A DNA stretch of 64,000 bases from Octopus vulgaris (GCA_951406725.2 OX597825.1:32488001-32552000); one strand, 5' to 3'. Counted from the stretch's first letter, positions 24,546-38,735 are shown. Translations and numbers: made by a program. Notes: a model not told the origin generated them from the sequence alone.

Positions 24546-25965
24546 ATTTCAAGAAAGAAGTATCACGGACATCGTGTATTTTTCGTTCTCATAAAGTGAA
24601 TCGATCTCAAATAAGACAGTATTCGATTTCGATACTAGGATGGGACTCGAAAAAGCAATCTGACTTTTAAAATAAATTGGACTGAAAATTTAACCATGCC
24701 TTTAATGGTAACCAAAGGTAACCTAAAGGTACAGAAAAATCTAAATGCAATTATGCAGCTAAAAGAAATAATAGCTAAATAGAACTTAATTACTTTCAGA
24801 GTGAAATAGTCAACAAAAAAGAAAATATCATACCTCAAGTGTTCACAAACAACGGTTTTAAAGGTCACAATGTATATTTTTTTAGAAGATTACTCTGGCT
24901 AATATTACTTGGGAATCAATATTCTTGGGTGTTATCTAGCCGAAATTTATCGCTTCGTGTTTTCGACATTGCCCCGAGCATAGGAAGGGAAGAAGATTGA
25001 CAAATGGCGAGTAATTAAGTAGATGGCTTAGAATTTAAAACAATAAGTAGTTCTTTATTTTTCAGAATTTACTTTAAAGAACAAAACACCACATAGCTTG
25101 TAGGCATAACAATATACAGGTTTATGGCTTAAAAATCGTTCTTTTTATTTTCCTCCATTTTTGCCTCTGATTTCTTTCATTCTGTTTTTTTTTTATGCTT
25201 CACCATGCTCTGTAATGGTGAAAAGAGTAGATGAAATTGTCTTTGTCGATCAATAGCGCAAGTCAGATTGAAGATGTAGTAAATTGCTCTTGTGGTATTG
25301 CATCAGACATAAAGCCGTTTTGACGTTAGGTCATTGCTTGAAAGTCGCGTTCACTTTACTTGAACGAAATACGAAATCAATATAAAGATTCAGTACCTGA
25401 GCGGAGCGGCGGCGCAGAGCAGCGTAGAGTGGTGCAGGGCAGGGCAGGATGGGGGCCAGAGTAGACAGAGAATTGCCTCTAGTATTTAATTATGAAGTTG
25501 TCTCTAGAGCAGGCAAGTAAAGGAGATGATAAGTGGTCGTTTCAGAGATAACACACTACAAACACATCGCCGTCATCATCACTTTCACTAGCTCCTCCTC
25601 CTCCTCCTCCTCATCATCATCATCATCATTGTTGTTGTTATCGTTATTGTTAATATTATTGTTATTATTAGCATGTGTTTATCGAAACTGGAAGAGAATG
25701 GCAAGACTGGCGAGGCTGAATGGATGTATTCTGAGTAAAATTTTCTGCGTTGGAGGAAGGAAACATACAGAAAAAATTCGAATACCTTGGAGACGGCAGA
25801 GTGGGTCTTTTCCCCGAATTACACCATGTTGACTGCACCACTTTTGAACTTTCTATTTATTTATTTATATATTTATTTTTCTAAATTCTATTTTTTATTT
25901 TCCCATATACTTATTGCTGTAGGGTCTTCCTGTGATTGATGTAAATCCCACCTGTTTTGTTAGTA

Positions 25966-27236
25966 CGAAGTGCATTACAGAAGTTTTGAGACTCTTTTAG
26001 AAGCTGTTATAACTGTTCTAGATTATTGTAATTTTACTATCTCCTTATATACATCCAATAAGCTGACCTGCCAATTTTTGTTATTCTGGATGGAGAGACA
26101 GAGAGACGACTGTAACAGCACGATGAACACAGCCAATTAAACATTGCTTGTAGCTGACTAGTTTGCTGAATGCAACAATTTTGGTTTAAACTGGGCAAAA
26201 ATACTACAGAAATATGAAATACGCCGGACAGTTTATGGATTAATTTGTATGATTGAGCATCTAATTTCCGTTAGCACAAGAGGTTCAAGGATGTACAGAG
26301 GAAGTGAGAGACTATGAGAGGTGTGGGAGGGAGAAGGACATCAGTACATCAGAGCCGGTTGGGAAAATTCACAATTTTCTGGATGAAGACCATCGTGTGT
26401 CTATAATGACAATAAGCATATAGTTTGGAGTTGGTATGGAAACTGTACACAGGAAGATCTGAACATGTACAAACTTTGTGTAAAATTTGTTTCCAGGGTT
26501 CTTAGTGACGAACAGAAAGAAAGACCCGTTGGTGACAGCGGGGAGATGGTTGAGATCATTACCTCCAATCCGAGTACTTGAGCTTCTGTGATCTGTGATG
26601 AAAGCTGGATCAAGTGTTATCATCCAGAGACAAAGAGACAGTGTACTCGATGGAAGCATCATGGCTCCCCCAGGCCCAGGAAGAAAAGGCAAAGCAACTC
26701 CATTGCAAAGCCCATGGTTGTAACCTTTTTCGACATCAAGGGTATCATCTACATCCACTTGGATCCCTCTGGGCATACTCAGCAAAGAGTACTTTGTGGA
26801 AGTTTTGAGAGACTTTAGGAAGTTATTTTGCTCCAAAAGGCCAGGGTTCTTTTACTTGGGTCGGTGGTATCTGCATGAGGACAGTGCACCAGTTCACAAT
26901 TCTGTCTTGATAACCTAGTACTTGAAAGAAATGAGCATCAAAACTGCTTCTCACTCTCTCTGCAGTCCCGACTTTGCACCCTGTGACTTTTAGTTGTTCC
27001 CCAAGCTGAAGGGGAACCTTAATCGTTTCGAAGACATTCAGAAGATAAAAGGGCGGCAAGCATCCACAGCACCTTTATTTTGGGGGATGCCATGGGGCCT
27101 TCAGGAAGTGGCTGGAACGCTAAAAGTGCATTGAAGTCAGAATATTCTACTTTGAAGGGGATTAGAATTTTGTTCTTCTTAGAAATTAATAAATGTTTCT
27201 TCTGAAAAGTCTTAAAACTTTCTAGAATGCACCTTC
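25966..27236 (+). mobile_element. Full-length decayed mariner transposon
   Basis: TA-flanked imperfect TIRs CGAAGTGCATTACAGAAGTTTTGAGACT / AGTCTTAAAACTTTCTAGAATGCACCTTC. Transposase motifs ICDESW..YHPETKRQ..W, MVVTFFD, HEDSAPVH and SPDFAPCDF.LFPKLK, with stops and frameshifts. Confidence 0.88.
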
Positions 27237-27339
27237 TATGTTGTATTTCGTTTTTGGATATTGTCGTCAATAACTTCGACCATTGTATCTAATAAATGAA
27301 ATCATTCTTCTTCTTATTATTATTATAATTATTAATATT

Positions 27340-27686
27340 ATTGCCTTTCATCATTTCGGGGTCGATAAATTCAGTACCAGTGAAAGAGTGGGTCGATGCC
27401 ATCGGCTAGTCCTCTCCCCACAAATTTCAGGCCTTGTGCCTTTAGTAGAAGTAATTATTATTATAATTATTAAGGCGGTGAGCTAGCAGAATTGTTAGCA
27501 GGCCGGGAAAATACTTAGCGGTAATTCGCCCGCCACCACGTTCTGAGTTCAAATCCCACTGGGGGTGAAACTTTATCTTTCATCTTTTCGGGTTCGATAA
27601 ATTAAGTACCAGTGAAACACTGGGGTCGATGTAATCGACTTGTCTCCTCTCCATAAATTTGAGGAATTTTCTCCGCCGTAGAAAGG

Positions 27687-27690
<4 letters not shown>
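27340..27690 (+). mobile_element. Two adjacent SINE copies (23755 family)
   Basis: TTTCATC..TTTCGGG.TCGATAAA..AGTACCAG twice; head GGCGGTGAGCTAGCAGAA at ~27475. Confidence 0.8.
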
Positions 27691-27718
<28 letters not shown>

Positions 27719-27723
27719 CATCA

Positions 27724-27754
<31 letters not shown>

Positions 27755-27777
27755 CTTTATTATTATTATTATTATTA

Positions 27778-28270
27778 GCAGTTTGGGTATTGCGTCAAGT
27801 GCATCAATTACCGCAGAGACCATTCTTAACTTTGTGTTCCACAATCTCTTCATCTCTCTGGCTAGAACCTAATATTTCTAAAATTTTTCAGTTTCTTAGG
27901 TATCGACTCTATTATATTGTATTACAAAGTGTATGACCTTATACTGTTCGTTTTATTTTTCTGCGTTCTTTATGATCATATCACGTCTCCTTGTTTCAAT
28001 ATTATGATTAGCTTCTATAGAGAAATCCCATAAAATCCCGCAATTATCATTCATAATTACAGCCTTTAGATGTGTGTTCATACTACTTTCCAGTCATTTT
28101 GAATCCAAACTCTTGGTTAACACTCCTATGCACTCTTTCGTTGATATATTTATGCTGGTGTTTATACACCGTTTAGTGCTAACTTACTGCACTCATTTAG
28201 GAAATAATTAATTCTTTACGTTGCAAGTTTCAGCTAATTTCTGTTTCAGGTACATTGAATTTTGTCAAGT
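27778..28270 (-). pseudogene. Decayed R4/Dong-clade restriction-like endonuclease fragment abutting (TAA)n
   Basis: Minus strand: YEHT, ILWDFSIE.NHNIETRRRDMII, KY.VLAREMKRLWN...VIDALDAIPK, then (TAA)n. Confidence 0.7.
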
Positions 28271-31179
28271 TTTGTAATTTGCTTCGCACAGGTATCCAAA
28301 CAAGGATCAAATAGCCGTAAACCACGAATTTCTATCTTGCCGTAGCGGAAGCACAACCAACAGCAGAACTTATGAGAAGGGGTAACAACATCAACCGTGA
28401 TCCTGTAGAGATGGAATCGATTGTGTTTTCTTTATTTTCCTCCATTCCCAACAGGATGGCGGCCACCGGCCAGGCATCATCCATCTCAGGAGGGACTTCT
28501 CTATCCTCACCCGAGAAGCACGTCTTCCCAGGTATATGGGCATAAGGACCACCTCGTCTGTTTTGCTCCCTCCACATGGACCTCAAAGCCCTGTCAACCT
28601 CCGACCTGTTTGCGACCTCCACCCGTTGGTGCTTCACACTGCAAGTTCCACACAGTAAAGTTCCTTTTGTCACCCTTTCCGTAATCTCTCTGGGTGGGGA
28701 CACCTTTATGTCTTTCCCCTCCCTTTTAAGCATTTCTTTGAATCCGTTCAAATCTCCCAGGCACACATTTTCACCCCTCTCCTTCACCACCCCTGCAAAC
28801 CTCCCCATCTCCATCGCTTCATCCACCTTCTCCAGACCCCTTACCAGCTTCTCCTCAGATGACAACAAGTCTGAGGAGCCAATTTCCTCCATGATCACCT
28901 CCATCATCGCGCCTTCCCCATCAAACAAGAGAGAAAAGCATCAATAAGGCCGCCGCAAGCAGCAAAACAAGGTGTTGCTAGACACAAAACAGAAAATTAA
29001 CAGTAAACAATCCAATTTACGATACAACAATTCAAGCAGTTAACCAATCAAAAGACATAGAATCGATTGCTTGCCTCCGTTTATTTTGATTGCAATATAT
29101 AGGATAAAACAGAAAAGTTCACGTAAAACTCGTGCATGCCAAGTGGCTGGCGGTTTTTAATTATTTAAACAAATGTACAGCATTTGATATATATTGATTA
29201 GGAGTTCGATACACGACAAACTTCAATTCCAGAAGTGTTAACTATAACTTTCTCACTAAACATAAAATGCATGTCAGTTCTGTATTAGAATCGGGTCATC
29301 CAATTCCCCTCACCAGTTTCGTATGAATTTATGGTTCTATAAAAAATCTAGTCTAATCTTCAAAGTTACATGTTAACACGCCGGACAAAATGCTTAGTGG
29401 CATTTTGTCCGTCCTTATGCTCTGTGTTCAAATTCCACCGAGGTCGACTTTGAGTACAGGGGTCAATTCAATCGACTAATCCCCTCCTCCGAAATTGCTG
29501 GCCTTATGCCAAAATTTGAAAGCATTATTAAAGTTGTATGTATAGATATTATTGCAAAGACAAAGGCTCTTCCGGTGACACGACTCTGAGATCACTGGTC
29601 AATTCTCAGTTTCAGTCAATCTGCTTTACTGATTGAGGTTTAAGGCCCCCGAGAAGAGAGACAAGGTGGAAATTTATTTTAAAGATTTAATATTGGTAAA
29701 ATACACCAATTCCCTTTTCGGCAATTGCATGTATAAGAAATCCAATGTCGTGGCTCTCCATCGACTCTAGCCACCGATGCTTATTGGTTTTGCCTATAAT
29801 AAATTCTGTCTTTTACTTTACAATAAATGTTTGATTTTACTGACACAACTTTTACCTTGCACCAGAGCTTTTACAATCTTAAATAACACTCTCTGTACTT
29901 AACTGTAAACCTACATCATGATATACACCACTCGTGTCATTCTATATCAATATGGTAATAGAAAATACACAGCAGTAATATATTTTAAAGTAGTTGGCAA
30001 TTTCTAATGTTACATAGTTTCGAATAACCATCATAAAGGTGATGAGAAATTGTTAAAGTGATAAGTTAATGTTTTCTTGCGATGAAATATGTCTCTAGCT
30101 CATCGATAATTCATTCTCTTGTAATTGTCGGCCGAGAATCAATAATAAACTACAATAATTTTCTCTACTGCGGATTTATTGTGTCAACATAGCACTAAAT
30201 TGTTGCAATACTTGTTAAATATTTCCCAGAACTGTAAGCTATCGTTCATTCAGCATTGCGACGGCATTTCGATTCCGAATAAAGTTAATTCATTTATAAG
30301 ATGGTAGACACACGAGCAGACACAAAACGAAGACGATGAGGTTTCGCTACTGATTGCCAACATTATGTTTCGTCGGTAAGTCGGTAACGAAGTAATTCAA
30401 TTCTCAGCGCTGCAGCCAATGAGGCAGCCTCTTCGTAGTTACATAATTTGTTAAAAACGTAAGTGAAATCAACCTCGAGGGCGACCCTAAATATTCTATA
30501 AATGAATTGATTCACTGCATAAGGTTGACCTGGAAATAATATTTCGGAAAACAAGCCAGTGTGGCGATTGCTGATAGAACTGTCGAATGAGAATTCGATT
30601 GGCAACATTATCTAAAAAGTGACGAAACAAATGAAAACTTTGGAATTGTAAACGCTCTCTCTCTCTCTCTCTTCCTCACACACACACACATACACACACA
30701 CGCACACATACACACACACACAGATATATATAAACGGAGAACATTTCGTACCAAAAATTAATCTGAAGAATCGGAATATGCAACGAAAAGTAAATGTCTC
30801 GCCAATAACCTTAGTTCCCAAGTCCACGTCTCAACAGCGCATAAAATATGACGCATGAAAAATACGGGGCATTCGATTACAGGGCAACAACCAGAGTAAC
30901 AAATGAACGCCGCATAAACACGACGCAAAATCTCAGTGCGTTGCAATATAACACCACCATCTCAAAACTGATTATTGATATTGCATGATACTCGAAACAA
31001 TGTATCATGCAATATTAATTAGAACATCGCACTTCAAATGCAAAACAGGCCAAACTATAGTGAATATATCATAGCAGGTACAAAGTCAAATATACAATGC
31101 ATTGATAACAGGCATAACGCTTGATCACTAGTACTGCACAGTGCACTAGACATGCAAGTATTTTAATGCATGTCAACAA

Positions 31180-31400
31180 AACGAAACGCATTAATACGAT
31201 AAATATATACCTATTACGAGCGATATTACAAACCATCACTTCAGAACACCTTAATATATTCTTAAATACCGTAATTTGAGGTGGGTATTTCAATGCACAA
31301 AACACATCCTGGAGCTAAGGCAATACAGATAACACAAGAAGTGGTACAAAAGGCACCAAAACTAACCTTACTTTACATCGAAACAACTAACACTAAGTGA
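31180..31400 (+). pseudogene. Possible decayed APE-endonuclease fragment of a LINE
   Basis: VI*GGYFNAQNTSWS*GNTDNTRSG resembles the GDFNAH..WG..N.RG motif; single motif only. Confidence 0.35.
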
Positions 31401-32120
31401 TATATTAACTAGTTATGTACAATCTTCTGCGTCATGTTTTGTTTCATACTCTGTGCTACTTATCCCACCTCACGCTTTTTATAGCAACAGCATCATAATT
31501 ATAAATCAGGCAAAATTAGATTTAGATTTTCCAAAAGTCCCAGTACAACCATTTCTACCAAAATTTAAAGCTTGAAGAATCCAATACTCCTTGCAATCAG
31601 CTGCAGAAAAACTGCAAACACTTGCAACATAAAAAATAGAAATATTTACAGAAATGAAACTGAAACAAACCAAACGACAACAGTCCCGCACCATACACAA
31701 CAGAAATTAAATTTAGCCTGAACGTATTAAACAAGGAAATAACAAACAAAATAGATAAAAAGGAAGCGTAAAACTAGCAAACATTCGTGTCCAAAATAAA
31801 TCACAAACAAAGCAGTAAATGATGGTAACGACGAGGAAGATAACAGTTCAACACTACATAAAAATGGACGCTAACAGTAACAATGGATTCTATCATAAAA
31901 CTCAAAACTAATTCATTTTCATTATTTGTTTCTAATTCTTTTTTTATCCAAAGAATTATTTAATAGCAATACAATGGATTAAATATCAGCTGATATTTTC
32001 TGTTTTTTGTTCACAAAGTTGGGAGATCCCAGTTGTAAAAGTCTTATTGGATGGAATTGAATTCAACCAACTTTTGAGGGTTTTTGAAACTACAAGTAAT
32101 ATTAACTTAGTCTTTTATAC

Positions 32121-32407
32121 TTGTATGTATGTCATTGTTCAGTTTTATACCAAGATTTCTTGCCAGTAGAGAAAGAACCGATTTCTAACGTAGATCGAAG
32201 GCTCCTTCATTGGAATTTCAACATCACAAAGAGGATATTTTTGTATGTATGTTTGTTTGTAAGTATGTATGTATGTATGTATGTATGTATGTATGTATGT
32301 ATGTATGTATGTATGTATGTATGTATGTATGCATGTATGCATGCATGTATGTATGTATGTATGTATGTATGTATGTATATATGTCTGTATGAATGTATGT
32401 ATGTATG

Positions 32408-32439
<32 letters not shown>

Positions 32440-32451
32440 AATGTATGTATG

Positions 32452-32485
<34 letters not shown>

Positions 32486-33735
32486 TGTATGTATGTATGT
32501 ATGTATGTATGTATGTATGTATGTATGTATGTATGTATGTGCAGATTTGTATGTTTTACATTATGTATGTATTCTCATGCATATAGTTGCATATGTAGAC
32601 ATGTTCATATATATTTAAACGACAAATTGGAAAGTTTTACAGATTTTTACAGTTCCAGTGATGGATTGGATCTGTAGTCTTCCAATTAGCTTTCTCCTCT
32701 CTGGTTTTGAGAAGCTTAATTTCTCAACATTGGTATTTGGGCAGTGCTTTACATATCCCAGGGCCTGAATAATTACAGGTATAAACCTGAACTTTCAATC
32801 TGGATAGAGTAACTGCAGATACCTCAATAGTTCAGCGTAGGTATTCTCTTTTACACTGGTCTTCAGCTTTATGCTAACACCCGCTGGGCAGCAAATTTCC
32901 TCAACTGTTCACAGTTTTTCTTCTCTCTATCCCAAATCATTATATCTGGTCAATTGTGCTTACATTTTATTGAGGATTTCATCGGGACATTCTACCAGTA
33001 CTCTTTTTTTTATTATGAGTGACTATGGCTTCTACCATACTGTGAATTCTTATTTCTTTATCCTCGGGATTATCCTTCCGACTGATTTCATTATAGAGTG
33101 TCCTAACTACAAAATCATGTCGCATCACTAGATAATACCGCGATGACATTTTTGGACAACTGCTTATGATGTGGGTGATATCTTCGGTGATAACTCCACA
33201 TTGTCTGCGTCGGTTGTCGCATTCTTCTGCTTTTCCTGCATCTCTGTCTCTTTTGTGAATAAGGTACTTTGTTGAAATTTCCTGTTGATGGATTGCAAAC
33301 GCATACCCTTGAAAGTGGGAGGTAGTAGTCCGGCTATTGGTTCATAATAGACTGCTTTCATGATCGATGTTATTATCATCTCGGAGTTTTCTACTAACAT
33401 ATTCATACATAGTTTTCTGCTGATATACACTCATACTTTTATCTGATGATACGTTGCGGTAGTGTCGTGCGAATTCTATGGGCATGTATTCTAGATTACC
33501 AGACAAAGAATGTTGCTCAAGCAGCTGCCTTTCAAGTTTTATGATATTATCATCCTCATGTATGCAAACTTGGTCTAGAGATGACATTTGGTGGATAAAA
33601 GATGTTGCCGAAGGGATATGATACGATATTCAAAGGCATTTTGGATCGATGTTAAGCCTCTGCTTCCTTGTTTTCGTTTTAGGTAGAGGCGGTCTAGGTC
33701 ACTGTTTATGTGGAAATTATGTGTGCTTGTTAGTA
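32121..33735 (-). pseudogene. Decayed R4/Dong-like non-LTR retrotransposon (second lineage), 3' portion ending in (CATA)n
   Basis: Minus strand: ILTSTHNFHINSDLDRLYLKRKQGSRGL, RQCGVITEDITHIISSC, MRHD, TVEEICCP, KENTYAELL, FIPVIIQALG. Cut at 33735 by a mariner. Confidence 0.75.
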
Positions 33736-34420
33736 TTGGGTCATCCCGTAAATAATGCAGTTTTTTCTACTTCTTTTATTTTACAAAGGTATTTTTTAAT
33801 CTAAAAAATACTCTCCTTTATTTTCTACAATGCTCTTCCATCTATCTGGTAGACTTGCAAGAGCTCTCTTCCAAAATTCACTTGAACGTGACGATAAGTA
33901 CTCCTCCAGTACTGTTCTGACCTCGTCGACTGAATTCATATTTTTTTCCTTCCAAATGGTTTTGAAAACTGCGGAATAAACGATAATCAGATGGGAAAAT
34001 GTCCGGTGAATATGGTAGGTAGAGCATCGTTATCCATTTAAACTGCTTCATGTACGTGGCCGCGAATTATCTTGATGGAAAACACCTTTTGTCTTGAAAC
34101 CAAAGATGTCGTTTTTCTTCTAGCGCTAACTTAATCCTCTCAAGCTGCTCGCAGTAGATCTCCTTTGTTATCGTTTGGTTTGGGTTTAAAAGTTTAAGGT
34201 GGACTAAACCTTTCATATCCCGCCAAACAGATAACAACACCTTACGTAAATGAAGACCTTCTTTAGCCTGGGGTGCCGGTGTTTCTCGTTTTCCTACCCA
34301 CTGTCTTCGATGCTTGACATTTTTATAGAGAACCCATTTCTCGTCACCAGTCACTATTTGGTCCAAAATGGTTCATTCGTGAGATGTGACAGCAGAAAAG
34401 AGCATACATTCACTCTCTGC
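33736..34420 (-). mobile_element. Mariner transposon 3' half
   Basis: IVTGDEKWVLY.N, LH..KVLLSVW.D, TITKEIYCEQL and PYSPDIFPSDY.LFRSFQNHL motifs. TA|TTGGGTCATCCCGTAAATAATGC TIR-like end at 33734. Confidence 0.88.
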
Positions 34421-35280
34421 GCGCAATTATGTACGTATATATAAATTTGCGTCCGTGTAGGCGTATGTGTGTACCTGTGAAGGTGTATGATTGTATGTAT
34501 ATATATATTGAGGTAACGGGTGGCGTGATTGTGTGTTAGCAATATTAGTAGTATATGCTACTAATGGGTGTGCATGTATTTGTGTATGAATGCGTGTGTG
34601 TGTGTGTTTACGTGCGCGTGTATATGTGAGTGTGTGTGGTGTAGGTTAGATGGGTAAGTGTGTGTAGGTAGGACAGATAGGGGAAAGTTTCCGGGGGCTT
34701 CTTGTGGACTGGTGAAAGGGGATCAGTCAAGAGACTGTGTGAAGCGTGTGCAGGAGAACCGATGTCTGTGCGTAGGAGTACGTGTGTATGTGTGCGTGTG
34801 CGTGTATGTCAGTATGCTTGTATTTAGGCGTATGTATGTGTGTGCCTATGTGCGTGCGTGTGTGTGGGTGCCTGTGTGCCCGTATGAGAGAGTGCATGTG
34901 TAAGCATGCATATATGTGTGTACCTTTGTGTGTGTAGGCGTATGTATGTGTGTACGAGTGGGAACGTGCGCGTGCATGTATGTGCGCGGGTATGTATGCG
35001 TTCAAGAAAGGGAGTGTTAGGTTAGAGGAACAGTTTGTGTGTGTGTGTGTGTCTGTCTGTGCGCGCACAGATGTCTGTGTTTATGTACATATGTATATGT
35101 GTTCGCACTACACAATCATATGAACAAGACATACATATACATATGATTCTACTCGCATGAAAATATATTTAGAAGCGTGTGAGTCTATATAAAAGGGTGT
35201 GTGCGTGTGTCTGTTGCGCGCGTGTCTGTATGCGTGATAGTGTTTGCGAGAAAATTTATGTCAGTGCTTATAGGCATTCA

Positions 35281-35329
<49 letters not shown>

Positions 35330-35774
35330 AAATAAATATGAATGTTGAGTGTTGTGTATGTATGCAGGAGAGAAATAGAGAAAAAAAGCAAGAAGAGAGA
35401 ATGAGAGATGGAATGAGAGAGACGGAGAAAGGGAAAGAAAGAGAGAGAAAGAATAGAGAGGAAAAGAAGAATAAGAGAGAGAGAAAAAAGATAGAAGAAG
35501 AGAATGAGAGGGTTGTCCAAGAACCTGGCAATTGGTCAGTGTGCACACGCGTGTGAGTGTATGTGTATGCATATAATCGTATATGTATGTATGTTTTGTG
35601 CGTACGCGTTTGTTGTGCGTGTGCGCGTGTAGGCGTATGCACACGTGCGTATGCATGTATATGTGTGAGGATGTTTGCTGGGTGGAGATTGGTAATGTGT
35701 GTGTGGGGGGGTGACTGTAAGGCGTATGTAGAGAGGAAGACAAATAGAAAACAGAACAAGAGATGAAATTATTT

Positions 35775-36365
35775 AGTTGTTCGCGTGAAAGGCTGTACTG
35801 ATACAATCGTTTACGTCACGTCTGTGAAGCTCTGGTGTCGGTGCGGTGAATGCAGAGAAGATTTGGGGCTCGACATAGCGGACGAGTAAGCTGCTGACAT
35901 TGGGGCCCAAAATCGCTCCCGCAGAGACCCTGGATATCTGCTGGTAGACGTCATCCGAGAACGTGAAGCAGTTGAGATTGAGTACGAGTTTGTCGAGGCG
36001 GAGAAGTATGGGTATGCTGGGTTCGAGAATGATGCGAGCGTTGAGAAAGTATTGGAGGGACAGAAACCCGTCGTCGCGGAGTTTGACGTTGTAGAGGGAT
36101 TTGATATCTTTGGTAAAGAGAAGGTGGGAGGGCCAGGCGAGCCAGGCGAGCCAGGCGAGCCAGGAGGGAAAGAGACGAAATTGAAGATATGAAGAGTACG
36201 GAGGAAAGCAAATAAGGGAGACGGACGAGGTCGATATGTTTGGAAACGATTTCGGTAAGGCAAGGCATTTGCATGTGGAGATGGAAGGGCAGCCAGGGTG
36301 GTTGGGTTTATGAATCCTAGGGAAGAAAGTGATGGTGGAGGTGCGAGGAATTGGGACAATGAGGA
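35775..36365 (-). pseudogene. Penelope-like element reverse transcriptase fragment
   Basis: P.IHKP..PG, KDIKSLY, LVLNLNCFTF....YQQI...G..LGP and RDVNDCI (RYIDD-like) are PLE RT motifs in order; catalytic Asp lost. Confidence 0.8.
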
Positions 36366-36393
36366 ATGTGCCTGTAAAAGGGAAAGCAGGGGA

Positions 36394-36483
<90 letters not shown>

Positions 36484-36669
36484 CATGCATACACACACAT
36501 ACATATATATATATACACATATATACACATATATATACATATATACACATATACATACATACATACAAATACACATACAAATGTATTTGTATGGTGTTAT
36601 ATAAATGACACCACTGCATCCGCATTCATTTTGTTCCCCGTTCCATTCTCCTAGTAATGGAGTAGATGT

Positions 36670-37337
36670 GAGGGAAAATGAAGTAGACCCAAAGTGCCGA
36701 TACTGCAACTATGGGATTGAGACAGTTGACCACCTAATCTCTGGGTGTAAGTTTTAGTACAAATCAAGACATGATAGAGTTGGCCAATATCTACATTGCA
36801 TAATGTGTCAGCATTATAAAATCGAACTGTTGACAAATGGTATGTACAGACAGTATGTACAGACCGGACCATCTAAGCAAATAAACCAGTTATTGTTGTG
36901 AAAGACCAAAAAGATAAAGTCTGTTTATTGATTGCCATGAGCATACCTTGTGACCATAATATCTCGGCAAAAGAATTTGATAAGCTCAGAAAATATAAAG
37001 ATTTGCTAACTGAAGTCGAAACGATGTGGCATCTCAAAACGGTTACAATAGAAGTAACTGAAAATTATTTAAGAATAAACCCTAGCTCACCAGCCATGCA
37101 GGAAGTGCATTCTTAGCTCGTACGTCACACGTACTGAGAAGAGCATCGTCGCTGTGAATTTTCGTTCCATTTTCCCCCTTTATTTTCTTTGTTTACTTTT
37201 TTTTTCTCTCTGTCTTTATTTTCCCTTCATATGACTTAGTAAATGAACTATCAGGTGTGTTTATTTTAATGGCCTACCAACGACAGTGAGTTTCTCGGAA
37301 ATAAATGGAAACAGAATTTCAAGATGGTGATAACGAC

Positions 37338-37338
<1 letters not shown>
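36670..37338 (+). pseudogene. R4/Dong-clade 3' fragment 1 (CCHC + RLE), decayed
   Basis: RYCNYGIETVDHLISGC, RHDRVGQYLH, CLLIAMSIP.D.NI..KEFDKLRKYKDL; followed by (TAA)n. Confidence 0.8.
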
Positions 37339-37400
<62 letters not shown>

Positions 37401-38134
37401 TCTCTGATAAATTTGATGAAACAATAGACCATTTCGTCTCGGGAAATCCTGTGCTGACACCAAACGAATACAAAAATCGCCACGATAGAGTAGGACAGTA
37501 TTTACATTGGAAAATGTGTAAACACTACAAAATCAACACTCCTGCTTATTGTTATGAACATCCTTCTGAGCCAGTCGTTGAAGGTAAAAATGTCATATCC
37601 TCTGGGATTTTCCAGTCAACACTGACAGAACGATCCAGGTTAATCGACCAGACAAGGTCATTAAAGACAGAGAAGAAAATACTTGTCGGATAATAGTTGT
37701 AAGTGTTCGCACTGATAAAAATATATAGGTAAAGGAATTTGACAAATTAAGTAAATATAAGGACCTGGAAATTGAAATACAAAATGTGTGACATCTTAAA
37801 GCGAGAACTGTTCCTGTTATTATGGGTGCCCTAAGTATGATAAGAAAGCGATGTCAGAAACATCTAGATAATATCCCAGGAGAACCATGTGTCAGAGAAA
37901 TTCGAAAGATTGTGCTAACAAATACTGCCCACATACTTAGAAAAGCCTTATCAATTTAAATATCCGTGTTGTATTACATGAACATATTTGGCTCTTGCAC
38001 CAGCCACTACCTCTCCCCAAGCTTTCAGTCATACTGTAACATCTTTTATCCTTCACTCGCCCTAAGACGCTGGTTGTGTCTCAGCAAGTGACTATGAAAA
38101 TCATGCAGATTAAAAGTAAATAATAATATATGTA

Positions 38135-38135
<1 letters not shown>
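37401..38135 (+). pseudogene. R4/Dong-clade 3' fragment 2 plus 3' UTR
   Basis: ETIDHFVSG, EYKNRHDRVGQYLHWKMC, KEFDKLSKYKDLEIEI, VPVIMGAL, TAHILRKALSI*; flanked by (TAA)n. Confidence 0.85.
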
Positions 38136-38191
<56 letters not shown>

Positions 38192-38192
<1 letters not shown>

Positions 38193-38735
38193 GTACCAGG
38201 CAGTGGCTCTCATGGCTTCTGATCTTAACTGATTGGAAGTGTTATCATGTACATTGTTTTGTCTTGGTATAAAAGATGGGCTACAGCAAATATTCTGCTC
38301 AATACCACAGATTTGCTTGTCAGTTGTTTGACCTTAACCAGTTGAGCATGTCCCTTAGTGGCTGACGATATGTGCATCTCTGATCACGAGCAGAAGTAGT
38401 GGGGGAGCATCATAGCCATGTGTTGAGAGGGATTCTTTGGGGTTTGAATAGTTCACCTCTGGAAACATGGGTGTTTCGTTCAACATCCTTAAACAACCCT
38501 TATTCAGGGACCGTTTGAGCGGGATGGGTTACTCAACCTGAAGAAAATTCTAACTGGGCCCCACCTGCAAGGTCATGTGCTGTTTATCTTGATATGAGAT
38601 CACCATGTCGCGCACATATGGTTGTGATGCATGTGCCTGGTGTACCTTTATCAGACGGGTAGTTATGATGGGTATATTGGGCTTCGTATATTTTACCCCA
38701 GTGTAACTTTGATGGCATGAACTGCTTTCTCACTC

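Noticed and set aside
25395-25470. Short GC-rich patch as a promoter
   Set aside because: Low-complexity GCAG/GCGG repeats with no further support.
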